DNA of 64,000 bases from a virus. Lineage: Duplodnaviria > Caudoviricetes. A model generated the notes under the pieces. That model saw only the letters and a list, made by a program, of their open reading frames with translations. It ran no database searches and was not told where the DNA came from. This document shows, piece by piece, positions 16,630 to 27,738 of the stretch. A program made the translations under genes and the position numbers. The stretch lies in IMG/VR virus record IMGVR_UViG_3300044878_000218, positions 1 to 64,000 of that record; one strand, written 5' to 3'. Position 1 is the stretch's first letter. Every line of letters begins with the position of its first letter.

Positions 16630-19600
16630 ATGGCTCAGTTTGAAGTGGACTTCTCCGAATCGCTGAGCCAGTTGGCGCAATTCCAGCTCCGCATGGCCAA
16701 CATGGGTACAGCGCTGGATGCGCTGGAAAGCAAGTCTGGAAAGTCCACTTCCGCCTCGCGTGAACTGCTTCGTCGAATGAACGAGCAGTACAACGAGCTT
16801 GAGCGAACCCTGGTCGCTGCCGGTGCCAACACCGAAACCCTTGGCAAGAAGATGCAGTTTGTCAGGGACGGCGTGGCCAAGCTGATGTCCGGCATGGCCG
16901 ACGCCAACGTCAAGGCCACAGTCACCGCCCAAGCCTACAACGGCGAGCTGGCTGAACTGGGTCGTCTGCTCAACGACACCAACTCGAAGAACACCTACAG
17001 CACCTGGCAGGCCAAGACCACCCAGCTGACCAACAAGCTGGCGGCGGAAAACGTCTACCTGCGTGAAGCGATCGAACAGGTCGGCACCGCGATCGGTAAG
17101 GACAACGCCAACCTCAAGGCCAACCTGAACCACAAGCAGAACATGGCCACGGCCGACCAGCGCCTGCGCAACACCGGCGACAACCTGGTGCTGACCCTGG
17201 CCAACCTGTCTGGTGAGCAAGGCAAAGCCAACGTCATGACGCAGGCGTACATCGCCAACCGCCGCAGTCAGATCACCGAAGAGTTCCGCCTCGACACCCA
17301 ACTGCGCCAGCTGCAGAAGACGCTGGCCGGGTTGACCGGTGGCCAAGAGGAAGAGATCACCAAGATCCAGCAGCTGATCGCCGCCCGCAAGGCTGAGATC
17401 ACTGAGAGCGCGCGCGAGGATCTGAAACTCAAGCAGCTGCGCGAGACCCTGGTCAGCCTCACCGGCGGACGCCAGGAAGAGATCGCCAAGGTCAACGCGC
17501 AGATCCAAGCTCGACGCCAGGCAATCGCCGAGTCGGTGAGCGAGAAAAAGGTCGTCGACGAGATGACAGCTGCCCTCAAGCGCGAGGAAGCCCAGCTGGT
17601 CCGCCTGCAGGCGCAGTCGCAGATGAACTCCGGCTACCACGGCCAGCGTGTGGCCCAGCTGAAGGCAGAGATCGCGGAGCAGGACCGCCACAACAAGCTG
17701 ATCGCCATGTCGACCCCGCAGCTGCTGGGCTTCGGCGCTGCGCAGACCAAGGTCAACCTGTCGCAGGAACTGGGCAGTCAGTCGGCTGCCATGCTCCGCG
17801 CCGGCCTGACCGGCTTGCACGCCAGCGTTGGTGTGTACACCAGCGCCACGGTACTGGCGGCCACCGCGACCTACGGCATCTCCGCTGCCCTGCGTGACAG
17901 CATCATCACCGGCGCCGAGTTCTACGCCACCATGTCCCGCACCAAAGCGGTGATGTCGACCGGCGACACCAACGAGAACTGGCTGACCCACGGCGCTGAA
18001 AGCTCGAAGGCGCTGGAGATGCAGGTCCGCGCCCTCGGCCAGACCACGGTGTTCACCGCCTCGGAAGTCGGCGACGGCCTCCAGCAGCTCGGCATGGCCG
18101 GCCTGTCGGCCAACGAGGCGCTGGTCGCACTCAAGCCATCGCTGCAACTGGCAAACCTCGCTAACGTCTCCATGGCTCGTTCGGCGGACATCTCCACCAA
18201 CGTGCTGATGACCTTCGGCATGCAGGCCAGCGAGTTGCAGAGCGTGGTCGACTTGATGGCCACCGCGGTCAACAACTCCAACGCCGACATTGAGCAGCTG
18301 GCCAACTCGCTGAGCTACGCCGGCCCGGCGGCCAAGACTGCGGGCTTCACGATTCAGGACACCACGGCGGCCATCGAGACCATGGCCAACTCCGGCATCA
18401 AGGGCTCTCGCTCTGGTTCCGCGTTGCGCCGGATGTTTACCAGCTTGCTGAACCCGACCAAGAAGGGTTCCGAGGTCATCCAGAAGTATGGCCTGGACAT
18501 CCTTGACGCCGAGGGCAACACCCGCTCGCTGAGCAACATCATCAACCAGCTGAGCACCAAGATGAAGGACCTTCCCGGTCCTGAACGCCTGGCAGCGATT
18601 ACCGACCTGGTGGGTGTGTATGCGTCTTCGGCGGTCACAGGCCTGGTAGACAACGCCAACCTGTACAACAAGTTCGCTGACCAGAACATGAACGTCGGCG
18701 GTGCCGGCGATCGCATGGAAAAGATCATCGCCGACAACCTCAAGTTCGACTGGAAAGAGATGCTGTCCAGCCTTGAGGAAGTCCAGCTGCAGGCGTTCAG
18801 CCAACTGGACGGTCGTCTGCGCGAGTCCACCGCCAGCCTGACCCAGTACGTCCTCAACCTGATGGAACCGTACAAGGCCGGCACCGACATCACCGGTCTG
18901 GACCGACTGCTGGTACAGGCACAGACCGCCGCCGAAGCGCTGGCGCAGGTCATCGCCGGTATCGCTGCTTACAAGTTCGCCACCGGCAACGTGTTCGGCG
19001 CCTTGGCGGCGGATGCAGCAGGGGCAGAGAAACGCCTGGCAGTGGTTGGCCAGCGGATGCAGCTGACCGGCACCTACATGAGCATGATGGGTTCGTCCTC
19101 GGACGGCGCCCGCACCAAGCTGGAACTGCTCAACGCCACCGCCGGTCGCGGTGCAACCGCCCTCGGTTACCTGGGCTCGGGCGCTGCATGGGCTTCGGGG
19201 ATGCTGGGCAAGCTGGCCGCCGGCATGGGCGTGCTCATGCGTGGCCTCGGCTGGGTAGGTCTGATCTACGGCATTGGCTCGGCGCTGTACGACCTGTGGA
19301 ATACCAACACCGACGCCGAGGTGCTGAAGCACCGGCAGGAAGTCGACGAGGTCAAGTCCAGTTACGACAAGCTCAAGCAGTCCATTGAGGACACCGGGCT
19401 GGCGCGTCAGCGGGCTGCCCTCAAACTGCAGATCAAGGCGGACAAAGGCAGTGCCACTGACCTTGACGACCAGATCCGCAAGCAGAGCCAGCTGATCACC
19501 AACGGCCGCGCCGCAGGGGTCTCGGAAGAGAACCTGGCACCGCTGATCAAGCGTCTGGAAGGTCTGCAGGGGTTGGTGGGCACCTACGACGAGAAGGTAA

Positions 19601-21816
19601 AAGCCTCGGAAGACTCTCTGGCCAAGCTCGGGCAGACCACCAACGACTACTCCACCGAAGCTGACTGGCAGGCCAAGCGGGTCCAGAACCTGATCAACCT
19701 GACTCACCAGCTGACCTTGGCCCAAGGTGAGTTGGCTGCCAGCCAGAGCCGCAGCGGGATCGGCTTCAGCAACCTGAACCTTCAGCAGAAGGTCGGCAAG
19801 CTGACGCAGGAAAAAGCATTCGCCCAGCAGCAAGTCAACCTCGGCACCGGCCAGCTGGTGCGCGTACAGAAGAACATCCGCCCGATGTCCGAGACACTGG
19901 ACAGTCTGCGCGCGGAGAGCGAAGCCGCGGCTCAGGAAAAGATCTACAAGAAGACCACGTCGAACGCCCAACAGCTGCTCGATGTCGAGACCAAGCTGAC
20001 GCAGGCCAAGAAGGACCAGCAGAAGCTGATCGACGATGACGCTGCTGCGGTGGCCGCCGGCAAGACTGACCTGCGACCAGGTCTGCAGAAGGCCGAGCTG
20101 TCGGTGAAAACCATCGCCGACTTGGAAGCCAAGCGCACCGTCCTGCAACAGAAGATGGTCGACGAGCAGAACGAGCTGAACCAAGCCCGTGAGTCCGCCG
20201 CTGCCACCCAGCGCAGCGACAACGAGAACATGCTCGCCTACCAGAAGACGGCGGCAGACCTTGCTGCGCGGATCAAAACCGCCGAGAACCCGGGCGAAGG
20301 CAAAGCCGTTGACGCCAAAGCCCTGACCGAGCTGTACAAGGATCAGGCGAAGGTCCTCGGCCAGATCAAGTCGTTGGAGACCAAGGGCAGCAAGGCCGGC
20401 GCCAAAGCCGCCAAGGTGGACGACCGACAGGCACAGGAAGACCTACGCACCTACACCGCGCTGGCCAAGAAGTTCGACGAGGTCACCTTCTCCCAGCTGG
20501 AGCTGGCCAAAGGTACTGCGGCCATGCACCGCCTGCGTCAGGGCGAGATGATCGACGGCAAGATGGTCACCATCACCGCCGAACAGGAAGCCAAGGCGAT
20601 CGGCGAACTGAACCTGCAGCACTACAAGGCGGTACAGGCGCTCGATCTGCACGCCGCCGCGCTGCAGAAGGTCAAGGGCAGCTACAACACCAGCCCGTTC
20701 AGCCAGGCAGCGGCGGATCTGGCCGTGCTAAACCGTGCGCTGAAAGAGAACAAGATCAGCCAGTCCGAGCACGACCGCATGACCGGCAACATGCGCCTGA
20801 AGCAGAAGGAGGATCTGGAAGCCTCGCTGCCACAGGCTGACCTGAGCGTAGGTGCCGCCTCTGACTCGCCATTCACCGACTGGGTGTCGACGGAGATGAC
20901 CCGCGCCAAGGGTCTGGAGGATTTCCAGAAGACCTTGCGCAACTCGAAGGCCAACGAGGCTTCCGGCCTGGCAGGCATCGACGACAACTTCAAGCAACAG
21001 CTGGAAGAGCTGAACGCCCGCAAGTTGCTGGAGCAAGGGCAAGAGAAAGAGCACACCGCTAAGCTGCTGCAGATCAACCAGGATTACCAAGACCAGAAAG
21101 CGGCTTTGGTAGAAACCGCCGGCGCCGAGCAGAAGATCATCGTCGACAAGCAGGCCAAGTACGCCGAGCAGATGTCGACCATGTCCCTGATGGCTGCCAT
21201 GGGCTCGGTCTCCAACGTGTTGGGCATGTTCGCCAGCGCCGCGTCGGAAGCCTCGACGGCGCAGAAGATCGCGTTCGCTGCACAGAAGGCGATCACCATC
21301 GCGCAGATCATCATGTACACCGAGCTGGCGGCGGCACAGGCGCTGGCGGTGTCGGGTAACCCGATGGTGCTGGGTATGCCGATGGCGACCTTCATCCGCG
21401 CCACCGGCTATGCCAACGCTGCGTTGGTTGGTGCCCTGGCGATCGGCGACCTGGCCACCGGCGGCCAGACCAGCTCCGGTGGTGGTGGTGGCACCAAAAT
21501 GTACGACACCGGCGGCACCATCCCGTACAACCGGGTCGGCATCGTGGGTGAGTACGGCCCTGAGTTGGTGGCAGGCCCGGCCCATGTCACTGGTCGCGCT
21601 GCCAGCGCCTCCAGGCTGGGCGGAGACGGCAGCGGCGAGACGTCGATCACCTTCGCCCCTGTGATTCAGGTCACCTCCAGCGGTGGTGGCACCGAGCAGG
21701 ACCAGATGAAATCGGCCAAGATCATGGGCGAAACCGTGCGCGGCTCGGTGATGGCGGTCCTCAGCGAGCAGATGCGACCGAATGGCCTGCTGTACAAATT
21801 CGTCAAACAAGGATAA
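16630..21816 (+). CDS. tape measure protein (TP901-type core)
   Basis: 1728 aa; LGQTTVFTASEV, LSYAGPAA, GIKGSRSG motifs; C-terminal GIVGEYGPELV. Confidence 0.95.
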   Translation: MAQFEVDFSESLSQLAQFQLRMANMGTALDALESKSGKSTSASRELLRRMNEQYNELERTLVAAGANTETLGKKMQFVRDGVAKLMSGMADANVKATVTAQAYNGELAELGRLLNDTNSKNTYSTWQAKTTQLTNKLAAENVYLREAIEQVGTAIGKDNANLKANLNHKQNMATADQRLRNTGDNLVLTLANLSGEQGKANVMTQAYIANRRSQITEEFRLDTQLRQLQKTLAGLTGGQEEEITKIQQLIAARKAEITESAREDLKLKQLRETLVSLTGGRQEEIAKVNAQIQARRQAIAESVSEKKVVDEMTAALKREEAQLVRLQAQSQMNSGYHGQRVAQLKAEIAEQDRHNKLIAMSTPQLLGFGAAQTKVNLSQELGSQSAAMLRAGLTGLHASVGVYTSATVLAATATYGISAALRDSIITGAEFYATMSRTKAVMSTGDTNENWLTHGAESSKALEMQVRALGQTTVFTASEVGDGLQQLGMAGLSANEALVALKPSLQLANLANVSMARSADISTNVLMTFGMQASELQSVVDLMATAVNNSNADIEQLANSLSYAGPAAKTAGFTIQDTTAAIETMANSGIKGSRSGSALRRMFTSLLNPTKKGSEVIQKYGLDILDAEGNTRSLSNIINQLSTKMKDLPGPERLAAITDLVGVYASSAVTGLVDNANLYNKFADQNMNVGGAGDRMEKIIADNLKFDWKEMLSSLEEVQLQAFSQLDGRLRESTASLTQYVLNLMEPYKAGTDITGLDRLLVQAQTAAEALAQVIAGIAAYKFATGNVFGALAADAAGAEKRLAVVGQRMQLTGTYMSMMGSSSDGARTKLELLNATAGRGATALGYLGSGAAWASGMLGKLAAGMGVLMRGLGWVGLIYGIGSALYDLWNTNTDAEVLKHRQEVDEVKSSYDKLKQSIEDTGLARQRAALKLQIKADKGSATDLDDQIRKQSQLITNGRAAGVSEENLAPLIKRLEGLQGLVGTYDEKVKASEDSLAKLGQTTNDYSTEADWQAKRVQNLINLTHQLTLAQGELAASQSRSGIGFSNLNLQQKVGKLTQEKAFAQQQVNLGTGQLVRVQKNIRPMSETLDSLRAESEAAAQEKIYKKTTSNAQQLLDVETKLTQAKKDQQKLIDDDAAAVAAGKTDLRPGLQKAELSVKTIADLEAKRTVLQQKMVDEQNELNQARESAAATQRSDNENMLAYQKTAADLAARIKTAENPGEGKAVDAKALTELYKDQAKVLGQIKSLETKGSKAGAKAAKVDDRQAQEDLRTYTALAKKFDEVTFSQLELAKGTAAMHRLRQGEMIDGKMVTITAEQEAKAIGELNLQHYKAVQALDLHAAALQKVKGSYNTSPFSQAAADLAVLNRALKENKISQSEHDRMTGNMRLKQKEDLEASLPQADLSVGAASDSPFTDWVSTEMTRAKGLEDFQKTLRNSKANEASGLAGIDDNFKQQLEELNARKLLEQGQEKEHTAKLLQINQDYQDQKAALVETAGAEQKIIVDKQAKYAEQMSTMSLMAAMGSVSNVLGMFASAASEASTAQKIAFAAQKAITIAQIIMYTELAAAQALAVSGNPMVLGMPMATFIRATGYANAALVGALAIGDLATGGQTSSGGGGGTKMYDTGGTIPYNRVGIVGEYGPELVAGPAHVTGRAASASRLGGDGSGETSITFAPVIQVTSSGGGTEQDQMKSAKIMGETVRGSVMAVLSEQMRPNGLLYKFVKQG

Positions 21817-21822
21817 GCGGAC

Positions 21823-22173
21823 ATGGACAGTTTCCCTAACATCAAGGCTCCAGCCTACGGGCTGGAGGACGCCCCCGAGGCGGACGTTGAAGAGGTCAAG
21901 ATGGGCGACGGCTACACGCTGCGCCGCCCCAAGGGGATCAACTACATCAAGGACAAATGGGACTTGACCTGGGACTCACTGGAAGACACAGACGCCCGGT
22001 CGACGTTTGCCTGGCTGAAGGCACGGATGAACCTGATCCCGTTCCTCTGGACCCACCCGGTCAGCGGCGTGGTGTATCAGGTGATCTGCAAGTCTCCGAA
22101 GCTGACCTACAACCAGTTCAACGACGAGGTCCTGACCGCGACCTTCGAACAGGATTTCAACCCGGCTTCATAA
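21823..22173 (+). CDS. distal tail protein (lambda gpM-like)
   Basis: MGDGYTLRRPKGIN...FLWTHP...ATFEQ. Confidence 0.9.
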   Translation: MDSFPNIKAPAYGLEDAPEADVEEVKMGDGYTLRRPKGINYIKDKWDLTWDSLEDTDARSTFAWLKARMNLIPFLWTHPVSGVVYQVICKSPKLTYNQFNDEVLTATFEQDFNPAS

Positions 22174-22224
22174 AATCATGGGCACGCTGCTACTATGGCA
22201 GCGCGCACCAAAGGAACGGATGCC

Positions 22225-22926
22225 ATGACGCTTATTGCCACGGACGTGCAGGGTCTGATTCAGGACCCGATTGTCACCATGTTTCAGATCGACGCCACCA
22301 AGGTGGGCGAGGGACTGCTGTGCTTCTCCCCGACCTCCAACGGCGGCGTTCCTATCCAGTTCGGCGGGAAAACCTACATCCCCTTGCCGATTCAGGCCAA
22401 CGGGTTCAAGTGGACCGGCGACGGCACCCTGCCCCGCCCGACGCTGACCCTCGCTGCCAAAGACCTGATGTTCCTCTCCATGGTCGTCAACTCCGGCGAC
22501 CTGGTGGGCTGCCCGGTCACCCGCCTGCGCACCTACGCCAAGTACCTGGACAACGGTGCCACTCCCAACCCGCAGGCGCTGTTCCCGCCGGACAACTACG
22601 TGATCGAGCGTAAGTCCTCGCAGAAGCGCACCCAGCTGCAGTTCGAGCTGTCCGTGAAGATGGATCAGCAAGGCATCATGCTACCGGCCAGGCAGGTCCT
22701 GCGGGACAGCTGCACCCACCGCTTCCGCTACTGGGCCAACGGCCGCTGGAACTATAACGGCGTGACCTGTCCCTACGCGGGCAACGCAATGTACGAACCC
22801 AACGGCAACCCAACGACTGACCCGACCAAGGCCAAGTGCGGTAAGCGACTGAGCGACTGCAAACGGCACTTCGGGCTTTACGCTACGTTGCCTTTCTATG
22901 GCTACCCTGGCGTCGGACGGATCTGA
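22225..22926 (+). CDS. tail tip protein (lambda gpL-like)
   Basis: PRPTLT, TYAKYLD, C-terminal Cys cluster C..C..CGKRLSDC. Confidence 0.92.
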   Translation: MTLIATDVQGLIQDPIVTMFQIDATKVGEGLLCFSPTSNGGVPIQFGGKTYIPLPIQANGFKWTGDGTLPRPTLTLAAKDLMFLSMVVNSGDLVGCPVTRLRTYAKYLDNGATPNPQALFPPDNYVIERKSSQKRTQLQFELSVKMDQQGIMLPARQVLRDSCTHRFRYWANGRWNYNGVTCPYAGNAMYEPNGNPTTDPTKAKCGKRLSDCKRHFGLYATLPFYGYPGVGRI

Positions 22927-23660
22927 TGTTTAATCAATACTTGGAACAGATGCAGGCAGGCGCTCTGGCAGCCTTCCCCAACGAGGCGGTCTTCTTCATC
23001 ACCGAGGCAGGCTGCACCGAGGTGGAGAACATCCATGAGCACCCGGACAAATACTTCGCAGTGGCTGACGGTGATCACCGCCGCGCCATGGCCGAAGGCT
23101 TGCTGGCCGTGGTGCACAGCCACCCGGACAACATTGCTGCCCCGTCCTCGCTGGACATGAAGGGCCAGATGAGTACCGCGGTGCCGTGGGGCATCATCGG
23201 CACCGACGGCGTGGGCGTCAGCGACATCGCCTGGTGGGGCAAAGGCGCCCCGAAGGCACCCCTGATTGGCCGCACCTTCCGCCACGGCATCACCGACTGC
23301 TACTCGCTGATCAAGGATTACTACGAGATCGAGAAAGGCATCGAGCTGCCGGAGTTCCCGCGTGACTGGGAGTGGTGGAAGACCAACGCCAACCTGTTCG
23401 AGGACGGCTTCAAGATCGCCGGCTTCGTCAAGATCGACGCGCCTGATGCGCAGCCCGGGGATGTCTGGTTGGCCAACATCGGCAGCGAGTTCGGCGTAGC
23501 CAACCACGGCGGCCTGTTGCTGGAAGACGGCCTGATGCTGCACCAGATCGGCTCGAAGGACCCGGTGGATCACTCCCGCCCTTCCGCGCGCGAGCCGATC
23601 TACCGCTACATGCCGCACATCACCCACTGGTTGAGATACGTCGGGACACAAGGAGCGTGA
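22926..23660 (+). CDS. tail assembly protein (lambda gpK-like, JAB plus NlpC/P60)
   Basis: VHSHP...PSSLD and DCYSLIKDYY...NHGG motifs. Confidence 0.92.
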   Translation: MFNQYLEQMQAGALAAFPNEAVFFITEAGCTEVENIHEHPDKYFAVADGDHRRAMAEGLLAVVHSHPDNIAAPSSLDMKGQMSTAVPWGIIGTDGVGVSDIAWWGKGAPKAPLIGRTFRHGITDCYSLIKDYYEIEKGIELPEFPRDWEWWKTNANLFEDGFKIAGFVKIDAPDAQPGDVWLANIGSEFGVANHGGLLLEDGLMLHQIGSKDPVDHSRPSAREPIYRYMPHITHWLRYVGTQGA

Positions 23661-23661
23661 C

Positions 23662-24258
23662 ATGAAGACCCTGTACCTCTACGGCAGCCTGAAGGAATCC
23701 TACGGCGCGTCGTTCGACATGGACGTGGCGACACCTGCTGAAGCCATCCGCGCGATGTGCATCCAGCTGCCTGGCTTCGAGAACGCCATCCGCGCCAGCA
23801 ACTGGAGGATGGTGAGGGGAAAGCTCGATGCCAGCGACGAGGTCGATGAAGAAGGCCTGCAGGTGACGCTGGGCAACCAGAAGGAAATGCACCTGATCCC
23901 GGTCCTCGAAGGCGCCAACAGCGGTGCCGGCATGTTGATCGTGGGCATCGTCATGATCGCTGCGGCGTTCTTCACCGGCGGTGCCTCCATTGCTGCGTGG
24001 GGCGCCATGTCGACCATGCTCGGCGGCGCCGGCTTGGGTATGGCGATCGGCGGCATCATCGCCAGCACCACCAAGATTCCGTCCGCCGGTACGTCAGCCA
24101 GCGGCAACGAGCGCGCTGACGACAAGGCTTCGTTCCTGTTCGATGGCCCGACCAACCAATCCACCCAAGGCGTGGCTGTGCCACGGGGCTACGGTCGCAT
24201 GCTTGTAGGCAGCATCGTGATCAGCGCCGGCCTCTACGCGGAGCCAATGGCCGTATGA
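23662..24258 (+). CDS. tail assembly protein (lambda gpI-like)
   Basis: TPAEAIRAM...SFLFDGPTN..QGVAVPRGYG. Confidence 0.92.
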   Translation: MKTLYLYGSLKESYGASFDMDVATPAEAIRAMCIQLPGFENAIRASNWRMVRGKLDASDEVDEEGLQVTLGNQKEMHLIPVLEGANSGAGMLIVGIVMIAAAFFTGGASIAAWGAMSTMLGGAGLGMAIGGIIASTTKIPSAGTSASGNERADDKASFLFDGPTNQSTQGVAVPRGYGRMLVGSIVISAGLYAEPMAV

Positions 24259-27200
24259 CTACTGACCTGAAGGAACTGGTCCGGAATTCGTCGTGGAAGA
24301 AGAAGTACCCGACGACTCTCGACGTGCATCTGCCAAAGAAGCCGCTGAGCCAAGCCATTGAAGGCGCCAAGGGCGCCTCAAAGCCACCTGCCCAGTACAT
24401 CCCGGTGGAAGAGCCGACCTCGCTGCGCAGCAAGGCGCGCGGGCGCATCCTCGACCTGTTGGCGCACGGGCCAATCGTAGGCCTGGTCAACGGGCTGCAG
24501 TCGATCTACCTGGACAGCACACCGCTGCAGAACCCGGACGGCACGTTCAACTTCAACGGCGCCACGATCCAGACCCGTGAGGGCTATCCGGATCAGCCGT
24601 ACATTGCAGGCTTTTCTGCGGTGGAGAACACCTCGGACGTCTCGACCGAGCTGAAGTTCGCCACGCCGATTGTGCGCGCCGTGACCAACAACGACGCCAA
24701 CGCCGTGATCATCACCATGGCCGTGCAGGGCTTGCGCCAGCAGAAGGACAATGGTGACGTGGTCGGCTACCAGGCCGGCTTCTACGTCGACGTGCGCGGT
24801 GCCAACGGTGCCTGGGTCACGACCGTGGGTGACACCATCGTCGGCAAGACCTCGTCGGCCTATCAGCGATCGGTGCGTGTACCGCTGACCGGTGTTGGCC
24901 CGTTCGACATCCGCGTGCGCCGCGCTACCCCGGAGTCGACCTCGGACAAGATCGTCGACGCGCTGTTTTGGGCGACCATGACCGAGGTGATCGACGCCAG
25001 GCTGAGCTACCCGGACAGCGCGCTGGTGGCCATCGACGTCGACTCGGAACTGTTCGGCTCGAAGATGCCGGCCCGTCACTACGACGTGAAGCTCAGCATC
25101 ATCAAGGTGCCGAGCAACTACGACCCAATCGCCCGCACCTACACCGGCTTTTGGGACGGCTCGTTCAAGATGGCCTGGTCGGACAACCCAGCCTGGTGCT
25201 TCTACGACCTGTCGACCCACCCGATCATTGGTGCCAACAACCAAGACGTGGACAAGTGGTCGCTGTACTACATCGGCCAGTATTGCGACGGCCTGGTGCC
25301 GGACGGCTACGGCCACTACGAACCGCGCTTCACCTGCAACACCCTGTTCGCCAGCCGCGAGGAAGCGATCACCACGCTGAACGTCTTGGCCAGCGTGTTC
25401 CGGGGCATGGTGTACTGGGGCGCGGAGTCGGTCATGGCCGCCGCCGACATGCCGGGCGACGTGAAGAAGCTGGTCAACCCGTCCAACGTCACCGAAGAAG
25501 GCTTCGAGTACGTGGGCACCTCGCTGCGTGAGCGTCACTCCGTCGCCGTGGTGATGTGGAACGACCCGGAAGACGAATACAAGCAGGTGCCGGAGCTGTA
25601 CGAGGACCCGGAAAGCATCCAGCTGTTCGGCTGGCGCGAGACCCAGGTCACGGCAGCGTGCTGCACCAGCCGAGGCCAGGCACGTCGTCTGGCCAAGTGG
25701 ATCTTGTATTCCGAGCGGATGGAAACCGAGACCGTCACCTACAGCGCGCCAGTGGAACACGCTGACCTGCGACCAGGTGACTACATCGAGATCTCCGACC
25801 CGGATCGCGCCGGTGCCCGCCTGGGTGGTCGGGTGAAGTCGACCGCGTCGGCACGGACCATCACCCTCGACAAGGCTCCGCCAGAAGGCAGCTCTGGCAC
25901 GTGGTATCTGAACTGCGTGATGCCGAGCGGCGTCATTCAGCAGCGTCAGGTGCAGAACTTCAACGGTGACGTGTGCACGCTGACCCAGCCTTTCCCTGAG
26001 CGGCCAATCGACGGCGCCGTATGGGTCCTGTCCAGCCTGGCAGTGGTCACGCCGATGTACCGGGTGACTTCGGTCATCGAGCAGGACGACGGGCTGACCT
26101 ACCAGATCACCGCGACTGAGCACGACCCGAACAAGTACAACTTCGTCGAGTTCGACATGGTCCTGCCGGACCGTCCGGACAGCACCATCCCGTCCGGTCC
26201 GCTGCCATCGCCAACCGGGATCAAGGTTTCGTCGTACAAGTACATCGCCGGCGGTTCCGAGCACCAAGGCATGACGATCAGCTGGAAAGGCGTGGATGAC
26301 GTGCGCTGCAACGGCTACATCGTGGAAGCCCGTGACCCGAACGACGTGACCTACCGCACGCTGTACGGTGGCCCGAACCTGTCCATCGACGAGAAAGACA
26401 TCGTCGACGGCGAGTGGCTGATCCGCATCAAGGCGACCACCTCCACCGGGCGGACGTCAGAGTGGGCCGTGTACACGGTGAACATCGCCGGCCTGCTGAT
26501 GCCGGCACCACCGGACAGCATCGAAGTAAGCGAGGCGACCTTCTCGATCTCGCTGATGCCGGCTACGATCTACCCGAAAGCCGAGTTCGAGTTCTGGCGC
26601 AGCGATGTACCTCTGACTGCCAACCTGGTGGAATCCAATGCCCGGCGTATCTCGGTCGGGCGCAGCCTGGTGGACGTCGGTCTCAAGCCGAAGACCACCT
26701 ACTACTACTACGTGCGCGGCACCAACATCTACGGCAAGTCGCAGTTCGTGGGCGCCCAAGGCACCACGCTGTACAACTTCGAGGACATCCTCGCAGCGCT
26801 GGACGAGGACATTCGCAAGCCTGGCGGCCTGTTCGAGGAGATGATCGACGCCTCCAAACAGAACACCGACGACATCAAGTCGGCCTTGGATGCGCTGAAG
26901 ACCGACGTGCGCCTGAACAAAATGCTCGAGGATATTCGCCAGCTGGCCACCAAGACGCAGATCGAGGGCACCGGCGCGCGTAACACCGTCGAGGAGATCA
27001 CCCGGATCACCGAGGACGAGGCACTGGTGGCGCGGATCACCACGCTGCAGGCCCAGGTCGATGACGACATTCTGGCTGCACTGGAAGAGATGCAGTTCGC
27101 CATGGCGGACAACAATGAAGCCATCGCCGGCCAGATCCTCAGCATCAAGGCGCAGATCAACGACGACATCCTCGCCGCCATGCAGGTCGAACAGACCGCA

Positions 27201-27728
27201 CGTGTCGATGCGGACGGCGCGCTGACCCACCGTCTGGACCTGTTCTCGGCCTCGACTGAGGACGACATCGCCACCGTCCGCCAAGAGATCACAGCGCAGG
27301 CCAGCTACACCGACGGCGCCGTGGCGCGGGCAGTGACCACCGCCACCGTCAATGGCAAGTCAGCTGTGTTCGGTATCTCGGTGAACGGCACGGTGTCGGA
27401 GATCGGCGCGGTGGCTGACCGGTTCTACATCTACAACCCGATCGGGGGTAGCTACACCCTGGCTTTCGCGGTAGTTGACGGGAGAACCGTTATCCAAGAT
27501 GCTCTGATCCGCGAAGCCTCCATCACCATGGCGAAGATCAGCAGCGCGCTGCAATCTGACAACTACAAGCCAAACGAGATCGGTTGGAGGCTGACCAAGG
27601 CCGGCGTCTTCGAGATGAACGGCAACACGCCGGGTGAAGGACGCCTGGTGCAAACGAACCAGACCATCACCGTGAGTGACGAGCTGGAAACGCCCCGAGT
27701 GATCTTGGGCAAGCTGCCACCGATGTAA
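24255..27728 (+). CDS. central tail tip/host specificity protein (lambda gpJ-like)
   Basis: WSDNPAWCFYDL, EPRFTCN, CTSRGQARR, FN3-like region, coiled coil and C-terminal ADRF motif. Confidence 0.95.
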   Translation: MTTDLKELVRNSSWKKKYPTTLDVHLPKKPLSQAIEGAKGASKPPAQYIPVEEPTSLRSKARGRILDLLAHGPIVGLVNGLQSIYLDSTPLQNPDGTFNFNGATIQTREGYPDQPYIAGFSAVENTSDVSTELKFATPIVRAVTNNDANAVIITMAVQGLRQQKDNGDVVGYQAGFYVDVRGANGAWVTTVGDTIVGKTSSAYQRSVRVPLTGVGPFDIRVRRATPESTSDKIVDALFWATMTEVIDARLSYPDSALVAIDVDSELFGSKMPARHYDVKLSIIKVPSNYDPIARTYTGFWDGSFKMAWSDNPAWCFYDLSTHPIIGANNQDVDKWSLYYIGQYCDGLVPDGYGHYEPRFTCNTLFASREEAITTLNVLASVFRGMVYWGAESVMAAADMPGDVKKLVNPSNVTEEGFEYVGTSLRERHSVAVVMWNDPEDEYKQVPELYEDPESIQLFGWRETQVTAACCTSRGQARRLAKWILYSERMETETVTYSAPVEHADLRPGDYIEISDPDRAGARLGGRVKSTASARTITLDKAPPEGSSGTWYLNCVMPSGVIQQRQVQNFNGDVCTLTQPFPERPIDGAVWVLSSLAVVTPMYRVTSVIEQDDGLTYQITATEHDPNKYNFVEFDMVLPDRPDSTIPSGPLPSPTGIKVSSYKYIAGGSEHQGMTISWKGVDDVRCNGYIVEARDPNDVTYRTLYGGPNLSIDEKDIVDGEWLIRIKATTSTGRTSEWAVYTVNIAGLLMPAPPDSIEVSEATFSISLMPATIYPKAEFEFWRSDVPLTANLVESNARRISVGRSLVDVGLKPKTTYYYYVRGTNIYGKSQFVGAQGTTLYNFEDILAALDEDIRKPGGLFEEMIDASKQNTDDIKSALDALKTDVRLNKMLEDIRQLATKTQIEGTGARNTVEEITRITEDEALVARITTLQAQVDDDILAALEEMQFAMADNNEAIAGQILSIKAQINDDILAAMQVEQTARVDADGALTHRLDLFSASTEDDIATVRQEITAQASYTDGAVARAVTTATVNGKSAVFGISVNGTVSEIGAVADRFYIYNPIGGSYTLAFAVVDGRTVIQDALIREASITMAKISSALQSDNYKPNEIGWRLTKAGVFEMNGNTPGEGRLVQTNQTITVSDELETPRVILGKLPPM

Positions 27729-27738
27729 GGAAACTATT

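Noticed and set aside
16555-20184. 1209-aa antisense ORF, and similar ones such as 5118-6977, 8562-10085, 24378-26267, 30422-32575, 38749-40956 and 46639-48285
   Set aside because: Shadow frames of GC3-biased genes on the other strand; no motifs or RBS
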